Positions 29,389 to 38,739 of a DNA stretch of 46,786 bases are shown one piece after another. Each line of letters starts with the position of its first letter. The stretch's first letter is position 1. Origin of the DNA: Campylobacterales bacterium (lineage in GTDB: Bacteria; Campylobacterota; Campylobacteria; Campylobacterales; QNZT01); assembly GCA_027081145.1 (NCBI GenBank), contig JALWLB010000098.1, forward strand, positions 1 through 46,786, in the 5' to 3' direction. The notes under the pieces are model-generated. The model saw nothing but the letters and a program-made list of their open reading frames with translations, made no database searches and was not told the DNA's origin. The translations under genes were made by a program, and so were the position numbers.

Positions 29389-30592
29389 TATCTTTTTTTA
29401 CCGCTTTATAAAATTTATCTGTAAACTCTGGTAATACAGATCTTACACTTGTCCATGCCGAAAGAGCTGGTACGCCCATAGGATCATCATTAAACTCCTC
29501 ATTTGCTTTTTGCAAAGCTTCTGTAAAAACCATAATGGCCTCTAACTCCTCTTTTCGATTATATTTTAATCCATTTACTTGTGAGAGTGCACTATATTGT
29601 GATATTGCACGACGAGACTCTTCAAAATATGTAGTAAGAAGAGATTTAAAGGTAGCTTGAGAAAATTTAACTCCACTTTGTGACATAATACGAAATATGG
29701 TCTCAGCTATCTCTTTTGCCATTTTTGATATACCATCATCCAGTGAAATAGAGCCCAAATCTTGATGTTTATGCTCATAAGTTTGCATGATCTCTGTTTG
29801 ACAAATTCTCTTTTTTGAAGTGTTATTATAAACTTCACTCAAAGTTGATACTTCAAGCCCCCAAGTAGGAGATATCCTAATACCTCTAGCCAAACTTCTT
29901 ATAAAAGCACACTCGCCAGATAGTGCATATCTAAAACTACTCATATAATCAAGATATCTGCTTCTTCCAAAAACCTTCTCTAATGATCTTAAAAATGGAG
30001 TATAAAAAAGCCTTGTCACTCTTCCATGAAGTCTATCTGTCACTCTTGAGTAGTATCCTTTGTTAAACTCAAAATCAAAAGCTTGATGGACAATAGGATA
30101 AAAGAGTCTTGCAGGAATCTCTCTAGTATAATTTAAAATATCACAATCGTGTAGTGCCAAAGCATAAGCATCACGATCGGATAAAACATATCCAATCATC
30201 ATCCAAACATTTAACCCCTTGCCTCTTATATCAGCACTTTGAAAACCGGCACTTAAAAGCTCATCTCTTAAAGCATTTATTCTAGGTCCATCTTGCCAAA
30301 TAATATCAACTTTAGATGGGATTTTACTCATAATCTTTTTCACTTTTTCAAACTGCTCTTTTGTAGCGTTATCTAAGCCTAAAACTATTTTATAAAGATA
30401 TTTTATCTTTTTTAACTCTTCTATAATATCTTTCATAGCTGGAGTTTCAAATTCACTATAAAGTGCAGGTAAGAGTAAAACCATATTTCTTCGCTTTGAA
30501 AATTTTAAAAGATCACTCTCTAAATCATCTAGCGTTCTTCTGCCAAGTTTTGGAATTGTAGTAATTACTCCATTTTGAAAAAAATCAGACAT
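29381..30592 (-). CDS. GT-A glycosyltransferase resembling glucosylglycerate / glucosyl-3-phosphoglycerate synthases
   Basis: The N-terminal FFQNGVITT motif, DxD (HDCDI) and ~400-aa size fit. It overlaps the phosphorylase gene by 8 nt. The ATG at 30592 has GGAG 8 nt upstream. Confidence 0.45.
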   Translation of the reverse strand: MSDFFQNGVITTIPKLGRRTLDDLESDLLKFSKRRNMVLLLPALYSEFETPAMKDIIEELKKIKYLYKIVLGLDNATKEQFEKVKKIMSKIPSKVDIIWQDGPRINALRDELLSAGFQSADIRGKGLNVWMMIGYVLSDRDAYALALHDCDILNYTREIPARLFYPIVHQAFDFEFNKGYYSRVTDRLHGRVTRLFYTPFLRSLEKVFGRSRYLDYMSSFRYALSGECAFIRSLARGIRISPTWGLEVSTLSEVYNNTSKKRICQTEIMQTYEHKHQDLGSISLDDGISKMAKEIAETIFRIMSQSGVKFSQATFKSLLTTYFEESRRAISQYSALSQVNGLKYNRKEELEAIMVFTEALQKANEEFNDDPMGVPALSAWTSVRSVLPEFTDKFYKAVKKDNE

Positions 30593-31415
30593 CAACAACT
30601 CCATTAGTTTTTAATTCATTCAAAGCTTTTTTAAAACTCTTTTTGCTAAGTCCAAATATTTTGTATATCTTTTTAGGATCACTCTTGCTATCACACGGTA
30701 ACACGCCATCATACTCTTTTAAAACTTGCATAACTTTTTTAATAGCAACTTCATCTTTTTCTCTCTTTGGTGGATTTAGTGAAATATCCAATTTGCCATC
30801 TTGTCTGATATTTTTTATAAAACCTATTTTGTGATCTCCTATTTTGATATCTTCAAAAATCTCATTATAATATAACATACCCTCATATAAATTTTCCACT
30901 ATAACTTTATATCCCATTGGAGTTTTTGCAAAAATGAGTAGTTTTATCTTTTGATCTTTTTTCAACTCTTTTGTGTTTGAACTTAAAAACTGTTGTACTT
31001 TTGTACTTCCTATTAATCTATCGCTCTTTTGATCTACACTAACTCTTAAGATTACTTTTTGAGAAATTTTTAAAGGAGTCTTTTGAAGTGATTTTGGTAC
31101 AAATAGATCCTTTGGTAATCCCCAATCAACAAAAGCACCAATTTTATTAACATCAACTACTCTAAAATTATAAAATTCCCCCAACATCGCATATGGACGC
31201 TTTGTAGTAGCTACCAATCTATCTTTGGAATCTTTATAGATAAAAACATCTATGATATCTCCAATTTTCATCGAAGATATCATGTAGCGATTTGGAAGTA
31301 GTACCTCTTGATTATCACTTGAGCTTAAATAGAGTCCATTTTCTGAAGCTCTAACTATTTTGAGCGAATTTACTAAACCAAGAGCTATATGCTTATTCAC
31401 ACCTATCAATGCCAA
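30585..31415 (-). CDS. cvfB: CvfB/YitL-family S1-domain RNA-binding protein
   Basis: Repeated S1-like modules (FVDWGLPKDLFVP) and a C-terminal winged-helix-like tail. ~276 aa. Confidence 0.65.
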   Translation of the reverse strand: MALIGVNKHIALGLVNSLKIVRASENGLYLSSSDNQEVLLPNRYMISSMKIGDIIDVFIYKDSKDRLVATTKRPYAMLGEFYNFRVVDVNKIGAFVDWGLPKDLFVPKSLQKTPLKISQKVILRVSVDQKSDRLIGSTKVQQFLSSNTKELKKDQKIKLLIFAKTPMGYKVIVENLYEGMLYYNEIFEDIKIGDHKIGFIKNIRQDGKLDISLNPPKREKDEVAIKKVMQVLKEYDGVLPCDSKSDPKKIYKIFGLSKKSFKKALNELKTNGVVDV

Positions 31416-33123
31416 GAATTTTTAAAAGTTTTTCTATAAAATCTCCAGCATCTCTGCTTTCACCATTATGTTCAAATTCAAGTGCAAAATTTCCACAATC
31501 ATCAGTAACTTTTCTCTCAACAATATCAGGAATTAAACCGGTCTCATTTTGAACTTGTTCGATAGCACTTTGAATCTGCTCTCTAAACTCTAAGTTACCA
31601 TAATCGATCGTTACTCTTACATACATCTCTTCCATTCTTACCATAGCACACTTATTTCGTTTCACAAAAACTCCTGTTTTACAATCTTTTTTTAAATCTT
31701 TTCTAAGATACTCGTCAATAGATTTTGCAGCATTTTTTGCTGTTCCCATAGCCAATATAACAGTAGCTTGACCCAAAGTTATATCTCCACCTGCCCATAC
31801 TCGATCTTTAGTTGTCTTCCCAGTTTCTGGATCGGCTACTATATTTCCCCACTCATTTGTCTCTAAACCATCAGTTGCTCTTGTTAAAATAGGATTTGCA
31901 TCTGTACCAATAGCAATAATAGCCAAATCACAATCCATAAAAAACTCTGAATCTTTTATAGCAACTGGTCTTCGTCTGCCAGAACTATCTGGCTCACCAA
32001 GCTCCATTTTCATACATTTAAGCCCTATAAGTTTACCATTTTCATCACCAACAAACTCAATTGGAGAGGTCAAAAGTTTAAATTTTACCCCCTCTTCTTC
32101 AGCATGATGGATCTCTATATGGCGAGATGGCATCTGCTCTCTTGATCTTCTATAGACTATAGTTACACTCTTAGCACCCAATCTTACAGCAGTTCTAGCA
32201 GCATCCATAGCAACATTTCCAGCCCCTAAAATTGCAACATTATTACCTGCAATTATAGGTGTATCATACTTTGGAAATTGAGAAGCTTTCATGAGGTTAG
32301 CTCTTGTTAAATACTCATTTGCTGAAAAAACCCCATTTAAATCTTCACCTTTTATATTCATAAACTTTGGAAGTCCAGCACCAACAGCTACAAATACTGC
32401 ATTATATCCCATTTCATCTAAAAGTTCATCTACATCAATAGTTTTTCCTATAACGCTATTATACTCTATTTTAACTCCAAGATCCATTAATGCATCAAGT
32501 TCATATTCAACTATATCTTTAGCCAATCTAAATTCTGGAATACCATATAAAAGCACTCCACCAGCTTTATGAAATGCTTCAAAAATTGTAACTTCATGTC
32601 CCATCTTTGCAAGTTCACCAGCAGCAGTTAAACCAGCAGGACCTGAGCCTACAACAGCCACTCTTTTGCCACTTTTCTCTCTTGGTTTTGCAACATTTTT
32701 TATACCATTTTTTCTTGCATAATCGGCTATAAACATCTCCAATGCACCAATAGATACTGGCTCTTTTCCTTTTTTTAATCCAACCACACAAACCTCTTCA
32801 CACTGTATCTCTTGAGGACAGACTCTACCACAAATTGCAGGTAATGCAGTAGCTTCCCAAACTTTATGTATAGATTTATCTAAATCTCCTTCAACAATAA
32901 ATTTTAAAAATGATGGTATATCGATACTAACTGGACATCCTTGTACACATTTTGGATCTTTACACTGAATACATCTTGCTGCTTCGTATTGTGCTTCATG
33001 TAGTGAATAGCCAAGAGTTACCTCATCAAATGTATCTCTTCTAGCTTTAGGATCAAGCTCTGGCATAGGCTGTTTTGGAATTTGTCTTCTCTGTTTTTTA
33101 GTAAGATTTCTAGCTTCTATCAT
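31393..33123 (-). CDS. NfnB / GltD-like NADPH-dependent oxidoreductase beta subunit with a ~110-aa C-terminal extension
   Basis: N-terminal Fe-S Cys motifs (CIQCKDPKCVQGCP; CGRVCPQEIQCE) and two dinucleotide folds (VVGSGPAGLTAA; ILGAGNVAMD). ATGA overlap with the upstream subunit. Confidence 0.75.
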   Translation of the reverse strand: MIEARNLTKKQRRQIPKQPMPELDPKARRDTFDEVTLGYSLHEAQYEAARCIQCKDPKCVQGCPVSIDIPSFLKFIVEGDLDKSIHKVWEATALPAICGRVCPQEIQCEEVCVVGLKKGKEPVSIGALEMFIADYARKNGIKNVAKPREKSGKRVAVVGSGPAGLTAAGELAKMGHEVTIFEAFHKAGGVLLYGIPEFRLAKDIVEYELDALMDLGVKIEYNSVIGKTIDVDELLDEMGYNAVFVAVGAGLPKFMNIKGEDLNGVFSANEYLTRANLMKASQFPKYDTPIIAGNNVAILGAGNVAMDAARTAVRLGAKSVTIVYRRSREQMPSRHIEIHHAEEEGVKFKLLTSPIEFVGDENGKLIGLKCMKMELGEPDSSGRRRPVAIKDSEFFMDCDLAIIAIGTDANPILTRATDGLETNEWGNIVADPETGKTTKDRVWAGGDITLGQATVILAMGTAKNAAKSIDEYLRKDLKKDCKTGVFVKRNKCAMVRMEEMYVRVTIDYGNLEFREQIQSAIEQVQNETGLIPDIVERKVTDDCGNFALEFEHNGESRDAGDFIEKLLKILGIDRCE

Positions 33124-33956
33124 GAATTTTCCTTTAATTTGCAATATTCATTATCTGAGCACTGTTCTTGAACTTTATAAGCATTTAATCGTCTCATCAA
33201 TCCATCAAAATCAACTTTATGTCCATCAAATTCTGGACCATCAACACAAGCAAATTTTATTTTTGAATCTATTGTAACTCTACACCCTCCACACATTCCA
33301 GTACCATCTATCATGATAGGATTTAAGCTAACAAGTGTTGGTACATCAAACTCTTTTGTCATTTTGCTAACAAACTTCATCATAGGAACTGGTCCAATAG
33401 CTATAACTTGATCAACCTTTTTACTCTCTAAAATCTCCTTTAATACATCAGTTACAAAACCATGATGACCATATGTTCCATCATCTGTACAGATATGAAT
33501 CTCATCTGATATAGCTCTCATCTTATCTTCAAGTATTAGATAATCTTTAGCTCTAGCCCCAAGTATTGTTATAACATTGTTACCTATCTCATGATTTGCT
33601 TTGGTTATGGGATGTAAAACTGCCGTTCCAGTTCCACCACCTACACAAACAACTGTTCCTACTTTTTCTATATGTGTTGGTTCACCAAGTGGGCCTGTTA
33701 TATCTTGATAAAAGTCTCCAACTTTCAAAGAGCTAAACAATCTTGTACTTTTACCTACTATCATGTAGATAATTGTAATAGTTCCATTAGCTTTATCAAC
33801 CTCTGCCATAGTTAGAGGAACTCTCTCGCCTCTCTCATTAGCTTTAACCATAACAAACTGTCCTGGTTTTGCTTTTTTTGCTATTTGGGGTGCTTTGATC
33901 TCATTAGAGATAATCGACCCCTTTGCCATGCTAACTCTACTTACAATCTCATACAT
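33120..33956 (-). CDS. NfnA / PyrK-like FAD/NAD-binding [2Fe-2S] subunit (sulfide dehydrogenase-like ferredoxin:NADP oxidoreductase alpha)
   Basis: PGQFVMV...RVPLT (FAD), GGGTGTA (NAD), C-terminal GTGMCGGCRV...C cluster motif. The ATG at 33956 is preceded by AAAGGGG. Confidence 0.75.
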   Translation of the reverse strand: MYEIVSRVSMAKGSIISNEIKAPQIAKKAKPGQFVMVKANERGERVPLTMAEVDKANGTITIIYMIVGKSTRLFSSLKVGDFYQDITGPLGEPTHIEKVGTVVCVGGGTGTAVLHPITKANHEIGNNVITILGARAKDYLILEDKMRAISDEIHICTDDGTYGHHGFVTDVLKEILESKKVDQVIAIGPVPMMKFVSKMTKEFDVPTLVSLNPIMIDGTGMCGGCRVTIDSKIKFACVDGPEFDGHKVDFDGLMRRLNAYKVQEQCSDNEYCKLKENS

Positions 33957-34080
33957 CAAACACACCCCTTTATAAGTAAAATAAATAATATTTATTAGAT
34001 TATACTATCTTTAAAATTATAAGTTTTTTAAGTTGGATACTTTTTCTAAAAAAACCTTAAGCTTTATAAACTAATATAAC

Positions 34081-34110
34081 TTGACAAAGATCGACTCAAT
34101 GTTGTATAAT
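34081..34110 (+). promoter_or_regulatory. clpB promoter: TTGACA (34081-34086), 18 nt, TATAAT (34105-34110), overlapped by a HAIR-like inverted repeat CTTGACA-N7-ACTCAAT (34080-34100)
   Basis: Consensus hexamers 28 nt upstream of the clpB ATG. The repeat matches 11/14 positions of the HspR HAIR consensus CTTGAGT-N7-ACTCAAG. Confidence 0.55.
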
Positions 34111-34137
34111 ACATAAAAAAAATTAAAGGATTTAACT

Positions 34138-36714
34138 ATGCAAAATATATTTGAAAAATTAACACACGCTACAAGAGAAGCAATTGAGAGTGCTATTAGC
34201 CTAGCACTTCACAATCAAAATCAAGAAGCCACTCCACTACATTTGCTATGGGGAGAGTTGGCAAATAGTAACTCTATTTTAAATCAAGCATTAAATAAGA
34301 TGAATGCTTCTAAAGAGGCAATTGCACTAGAGGTAAAAAGCAGAGCTGAAAAATTACCAAAAGTCTCATCAGTTACAAAAGAGAATATTAAAATTTCAAA
34401 CGATTTAGCCCAAAGTTTGCAAAAAGCTGAAGCTTTAATGGTAAAAAATGGGGACTCTTTTATAGCTATTGATACTTGGTTTATAGCAAATTTGGATAAT
34501 CCATCAATTAAAGAGCCATTATCAAAATTTATAGATTTAAGCGAACTTAAAAAGACATTTGAAGCTATGAGAGGTGGTAGAAAGATTGACTCTAGTACTG
34601 CTGAAGAGAAGTTAGAAGCTTTAGAAAAATATGGAATAAATTTAACTCAAAAAGCAATTGATGGTGAACTTGATCCTGTGATTGGCAGAGATGAAGAGAT
34701 ACAAAGGATGATGCAAATATTAATTAGAAAAACTAAAAATAACCCTATTTTATTAGGAGAACCAGGAGTTGGTAAAACTGCTCTAGCTGAAGGTTTAGCT
34801 CAAAGAATAGCAAACAAAGAGGTTCCTTTAAGCCTTCAAAATAAAAAATTAATAACTCTTGATATGAGTGCTTTAATTGCTGGAGCAAAATATAGAGGAG
34901 AGTTTGAAGATAGATTAAAAGCTGTTATAGATGAAGTCAAACAAGATGGAAATATTATACTTTTTATAGATGAGATACATACAATTGTTGGAGCTGGAGC
35001 TAGTGAAGGTAGTATGGATGCTGCAAATATATTAAAACCAGCCCTTGCAAGAGGTGAACTTCATACCATAGGAGCAACTACTCTAAAAGAGTATAGAAAA
35101 TATTTTGAAAAAGATGCAGCCTTGCAAAGAAGGTTTCAACCAATTACGGTTAATGAACCAACTATAAATGAAGCTCTACAAATCATGAGAGGTATCAAAG
35201 AGAAACTAGAAGCTCACCATAATGTTCAAATTTTAGATAGTGCTCTAGTAGCTGCTGTTAAACTTAGTAGCAGATATATAACCGATAGATTTTTACCAGA
35301 TAAATCTATAGATCTTATAGACGAAGCTGCTGCTGAACTTAAGATGCAAATAGAATCAGAACCGTTTGAGCTTAGTAGAACAAAAAGAGAAATTGAGAGT
35401 TTATTGGTTGAAAAAGAGGCACTTTTGATGGAAAAATCTAGCAAAAATGAGGAGAGATTAAAAGAGATAGAAAAAGAGATAGCAAACCTTGAAGAGAAAA
35501 AAGTAGCCCTAGAGAGTCAATTTGAAAATGAAAAAAATGTCTTTAAAAATATTGCTGATATCAAACAAAAGATTGATGAGTTAAAAAGGGAGGCTGAACT
35601 TGCTAAAAGAGGTGGCGATTTTAATAAAGCTGCAGAGATAGAGTATGGTGAAATTCCTAAACTTCAAAATAGGGAAAAAGAGTTAAATGAGCAGTGGCAA
35701 AAGATGCAAGAAGGAGGAGTACTTTTAAAAAATAGTGTTGATGATGAAATGATAGCTTCCATCGTAAGTAAATGGACATCAATCCCTGTAACTAAAATGC
35801 TAACAAGTGAAAAAGAGAGAATTTTAGGGGTCGAAGATGAATTAAAAAGAAGAGTCGTAGGTCAAGATAGTGCTCTTAAAGCGATCGCAAGAGCAATTAA
35901 GAGAAACAAAGCTGGTCTTAGTGATCAAAATAGACCTATAGGATCTTTTATGTTTTTAGGACCAACTGGAGTTGGTAAAACTGAAAGTGCCAAAGCTTTA
36001 GCTTCGTTTTTATTTGATAGCGATAAATCATTAATTAGATTTGATATGAGTGAATATATGGAAAAACACGCAGTTAGTCGTTTAGTTGGTGCACCTCCTG
36101 GATATGTTGGATATGAAGAGGGAGGTCAATTAACCGAAGCTGTAAAAAGAAAACCATATAGTGTAGTACTATTTGATGAGATAGAAAAGGCTCATCCAGA
36201 TGTTTTTAATATACTTTTACAAGTATTAGATGATGGAAGGCTTACCGATAACAAAGGTGTAACGATCGATTTTAAAAATACAATTATTATCTTAACTTCA
36301 AATATAGCAAGTGATAAGATTATGGAATTTCGCGATCCAGAAGATAGAGAAAAAGCGGTTAAAGATGAATTAAAACTTCACTTTAAGCCTGAATTTTTAA
36401 ATAGGCTTGATGATATTATAATCTTTAATCCACTAGAGATCGAACAGATTACAAAAATAGTTGATATACTATTAAAAAGTATTGAAGATAAATTAAAAGA
36501 TAGATCGATTGAGCTTGAATTAACTCAAAGTGCAAAAGAGTATATAGCAAAAGAGGGATTTGATCCAGTCTATGGTGCAAGACCACTAAAAAGAGCACTC
36601 TATGAAGAGATAGAGGATAGATTGGCTGAGCTTATACTATCAGATAAGCTACATGATAATCAAAAAATTGTCTTTGATTTACAAAATAATCAATTAACTT
36701 ATACAATCACTTAA
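34138..36714 (+). CDS. clpB: ATP-dependent chaperone/disaggregase ClpB
   Basis: Clp N domain, two AAA+ modules (GEPGVGKTA; GPTGVGKTE) and a long middle coiled coil. 858 aa. Confidence 0.95.
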   Translation: MQNIFEKLTHATREAIESAISLALHNQNQEATPLHLLWGELANSNSILNQALNKMNASKEAIALEVKSRAEKLPKVSSVTKENIKISNDLAQSLQKAEALMVKNGDSFIAIDTWFIANLDNPSIKEPLSKFIDLSELKKTFEAMRGGRKIDSSTAEEKLEALEKYGINLTQKAIDGELDPVIGRDEEIQRMMQILIRKTKNNPILLGEPGVGKTALAEGLAQRIANKEVPLSLQNKKLITLDMSALIAGAKYRGEFEDRLKAVIDEVKQDGNIILFIDEIHTIVGAGASEGSMDAANILKPALARGELHTIGATTLKEYRKYFEKDAALQRRFQPITVNEPTINEALQIMRGIKEKLEAHHNVQILDSALVAAVKLSSRYITDRFLPDKSIDLIDEAAAELKMQIESEPFELSRTKREIESLLVEKEALLMEKSSKNEERLKEIEKEIANLEEKKVALESQFENEKNVFKNIADIKQKIDELKREAELAKRGGDFNKAAEIEYGEIPKLQNREKELNEQWQKMQEGGVLLKNSVDDEMIASIVSKWTSIPVTKMLTSEKERILGVEDELKRRVVGQDSALKAIARAIKRNKAGLSDQNRPIGSFMFLGPTGVGKTESAKALASFLFDSDKSLIRFDMSEYMEKHAVSRLVGAPPGYVGYEEGGQLTEAVKRKPYSVVLFDEIEKAHPDVFNILLQVLDDGRLTDNKGVTIDFKNTIIILTSNIASDKIMEFRDPEDREKAVKDELKLHFKPEFLNRLDDIIIFNPLEIEQITKIVDILLKSIEDKLKDRSIELELTQSAKEYIAKEGFDPVYGARPLKRALYEEIEDRLAELILSDKLHDNQKIVFDLQNNQLTYTIT

Positions 36715-36739
36715 AAATTGCCCAATTTATGGGCAATTT
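36715..36739. terminator. Bidirectional rho-independent terminator between the convergent clpB and cyclase genes
   Basis: Perfect 10-bp stem AAATTGCCCA / TGGGCAATTT with a 5-nt loop. It is flanked by an A-run on the left and a T-run on the right. Confidence 0.65.
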
Positions 36740-36746
36740 TATATCA

Positions 36747-38675
36747 CTATCTTCGTAAAACTTGATAGATAGTAATTGACTCTTTTTTACCTTTTACACT
36801 TACTTGACCTATCTCTTTGATGTTATAATTTAATTTTAATCTATCTTTTGTCTGTTTGGTTATCAAAATTTCAGCTTTATACTCTTTACAAAGTCCCTCA
36901 ACTCTTGAAGCTATATTGACACTATCTCCTATGATAGTATAATCACTCCTATCTCTGCTTCCCATCTCACCAACAACAGCTTCACCACTATGAATACCTA
37001 TACCAATATAAATAGGGGGTAAATTTTCTTTAGCCAACTCTTTGTTTAATCTATCCAACGCCTCTAACTGTTCAAGTGCAGAAGTTAAAGCTTTATCAGC
37101 ATGATTTTCAACCTCCAATGGTGCATTCCAATAAGCCATTATCGCATCACCTATATACTTATCGATTGTTCCTTGATTTTTTATAATTATTTCACTCATT
37201 GGTGACATATAGCGATTTAAATACTCAATCAGATCATGTGCACTACCAAAACCTTCCGAAATTGAGGTAAAGTTTCTTACATCACTAAAAAATATACTAA
37301 TCTCTCTCTCACTAGCACTAAAGTCTATTTGTGATTTTATAAGAGTTTGTGCAACTGCTGGAGAAACTTTTTTAGAAAATTTACTTAAAATTTGCTCTTT
37401 TTGTTTCGATTCTTGAAATAGTTTGATTAAAAAGATAATAATCATAACACTAATTACACTCAAAAGTGGATAGATAAAACTAATAACCACTCCATAATCA
37501 AACATCAATTTATAAAATCCAACCAACATCAAAAAAATAAATCCAACCGATAAAACCAAAGAAAGAGCAATTGAAGAGCCTATTAAAATAGCTCCAGCAA
37601 TGATTGAGCTAATCAAAATATTTAAAATATTTAACCCTTCTATATTTGATGGCTTTTGCAGAAAGTTTTGATTGATAATATTATCGATCGCATTTGCATG
37701 AATTTCAACTCCAGGAATAGTCTCATCAAATGGAGTAGATCTCAAATCCAAAAGCCCAGCCGCTGATGTACCTATGAGAACTATTTTACCCTCTAATGCA
37801 CTCTTTTTAACTCTTTTTTCATACACATCCAGTGCTGAAATGTATCTATAACTTTTTTTAGCTCCTGCAAAATTTACAAATAATCTTCCATACTTATCTG
37901 TAGGGATTTTAATCTCACCCATCTCAATATTTAAAACCCCAAACTCATCATAATTTATATTAACCATTCCTACACCAAGTGCTAATCGCAACATCTCAAG
38001 TGACAAAGAGGGATATATCATACCATCTAGCGAAAATAGCATTGGAACATACCTAACAACACCATCACTATCTGGAAACATATTAAAACTTCCACTTGAG
38101 TATGCACTATCTTGTAAAATTTTTATATTTGATGTAACACCTTTTGCTTTTGGTAAAAAATCTTCATCTGGCTTGTTTTTTTGTATAAAAATAGCATTAA
38201 CTGATGGGGTATAATTTGAAAAATTTTGCTCCATATTTAACACATATCCCAAAACTGCTGGTGCATTTGCTATAGATTTAGCAAAGATTTCATCATAATC
38301 TTTAGCATTTTTAATCTCTATATTTAACTCTTTTGCAATCTTTTTTGGAGAGCTTCCATCACTTTCAGCAAAAACCATATCAAATCCAACAATTCCAACC
38401 TCATAATCTCTTAAATTATCCAATAAAGTTGCAACCTTATCTCGTCTCCAAGGCCATCTACCAAGCCTGTTTAAAGATCTCTCATCAATATCAACTATAA
38501 CTATATCTTTACTAGCTACTACTTCACCTCTTAGATTAAAAAACATATCTATAAAATTATTATCAAATTTTTTGATACTAGATAAATTTAGAGTATAAAG
38601 CACTATAAATATAAAAGCTACAATTAGTGATATATATAGATTAAGATATTTAATTTTATGCAACTTACACTCCAT
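36747..38675 (-). CDS. CHASE2-sensor class III adenylate/guanylate cyclase
   Basis: An N-terminal TM helix and a ~300-aa periplasmic CHASE2-like region (VIVDIDERSLNRLGRWPWRRD). Then a TM bundle and a cyclase homology domain (FFSDVRNFTSISE...GDAIMAYWNAP...GIHSGEAVVGEMGS...IGDSVNIASRVEG). Confidence 0.85.
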   Translation of the reverse strand: MECKLHKIKYLNLYISLIVAFIFIVLYTLNLSSIKKFDNNFIDMFFNLRGEVVASKDIVIVDIDERSLNRLGRWPWRRDKVATLLDNLRDYEVGIVGFDMVFAESDGSSPKKIAKELNIEIKNAKDYDEIFAKSIANAPAVLGYVLNMEQNFSNYTPSVNAIFIQKNKPDEDFLPKAKGVTSNIKILQDSAYSSGSFNMFPDSDGVVRYVPMLFSLDGMIYPSLSLEMLRLALGVGMVNINYDEFGVLNIEMGEIKIPTDKYGRLFVNFAGAKKSYRYISALDVYEKRVKKSALEGKIVLIGTSAAGLLDLRSTPFDETIPGVEIHANAIDNIINQNFLQKPSNIEGLNILNILISSIIAGAILIGSSIALSLVLSVGFIFLMLVGFYKLMFDYGVVISFIYPLLSVISVMIIIFLIKLFQESKQKEQILSKFSKKVSPAVAQTLIKSQIDFSASEREISIFFSDVRNFTSISEGFGSAHDLIEYLNRYMSPMSEIIIKNQGTIDKYIGDAIMAYWNAPLEVENHADKALTSALEQLEALDRLNKELAKENLPPIYIGIGIHSGEAVVGEMGSRDRSDYTIIGDSVNIASRVEGLCKEYKAEILITKQTKDRLKLNYNIKEIGQVSVKGKKESITIYQVLRR

Positions 38676-38739
38676 TTGACAACATAAACCAATTTTTGGG
38701 TCGATTTATTAATTAAGTACAAGATATATCGGAGATAGA

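Noticed and set aside
26402-38709. Shared 11-mer GGTCGATTTAT upstream of gltA (26402-26412) and of the FecR-like gene (38699-38709), considered as a possible common operator
   Set aside because: In 47 kb of AT-rich DNA, hundreds of chance 11-mer pairs are expected (rough estimate). Two copies are not significant and there is no palindromic structure.
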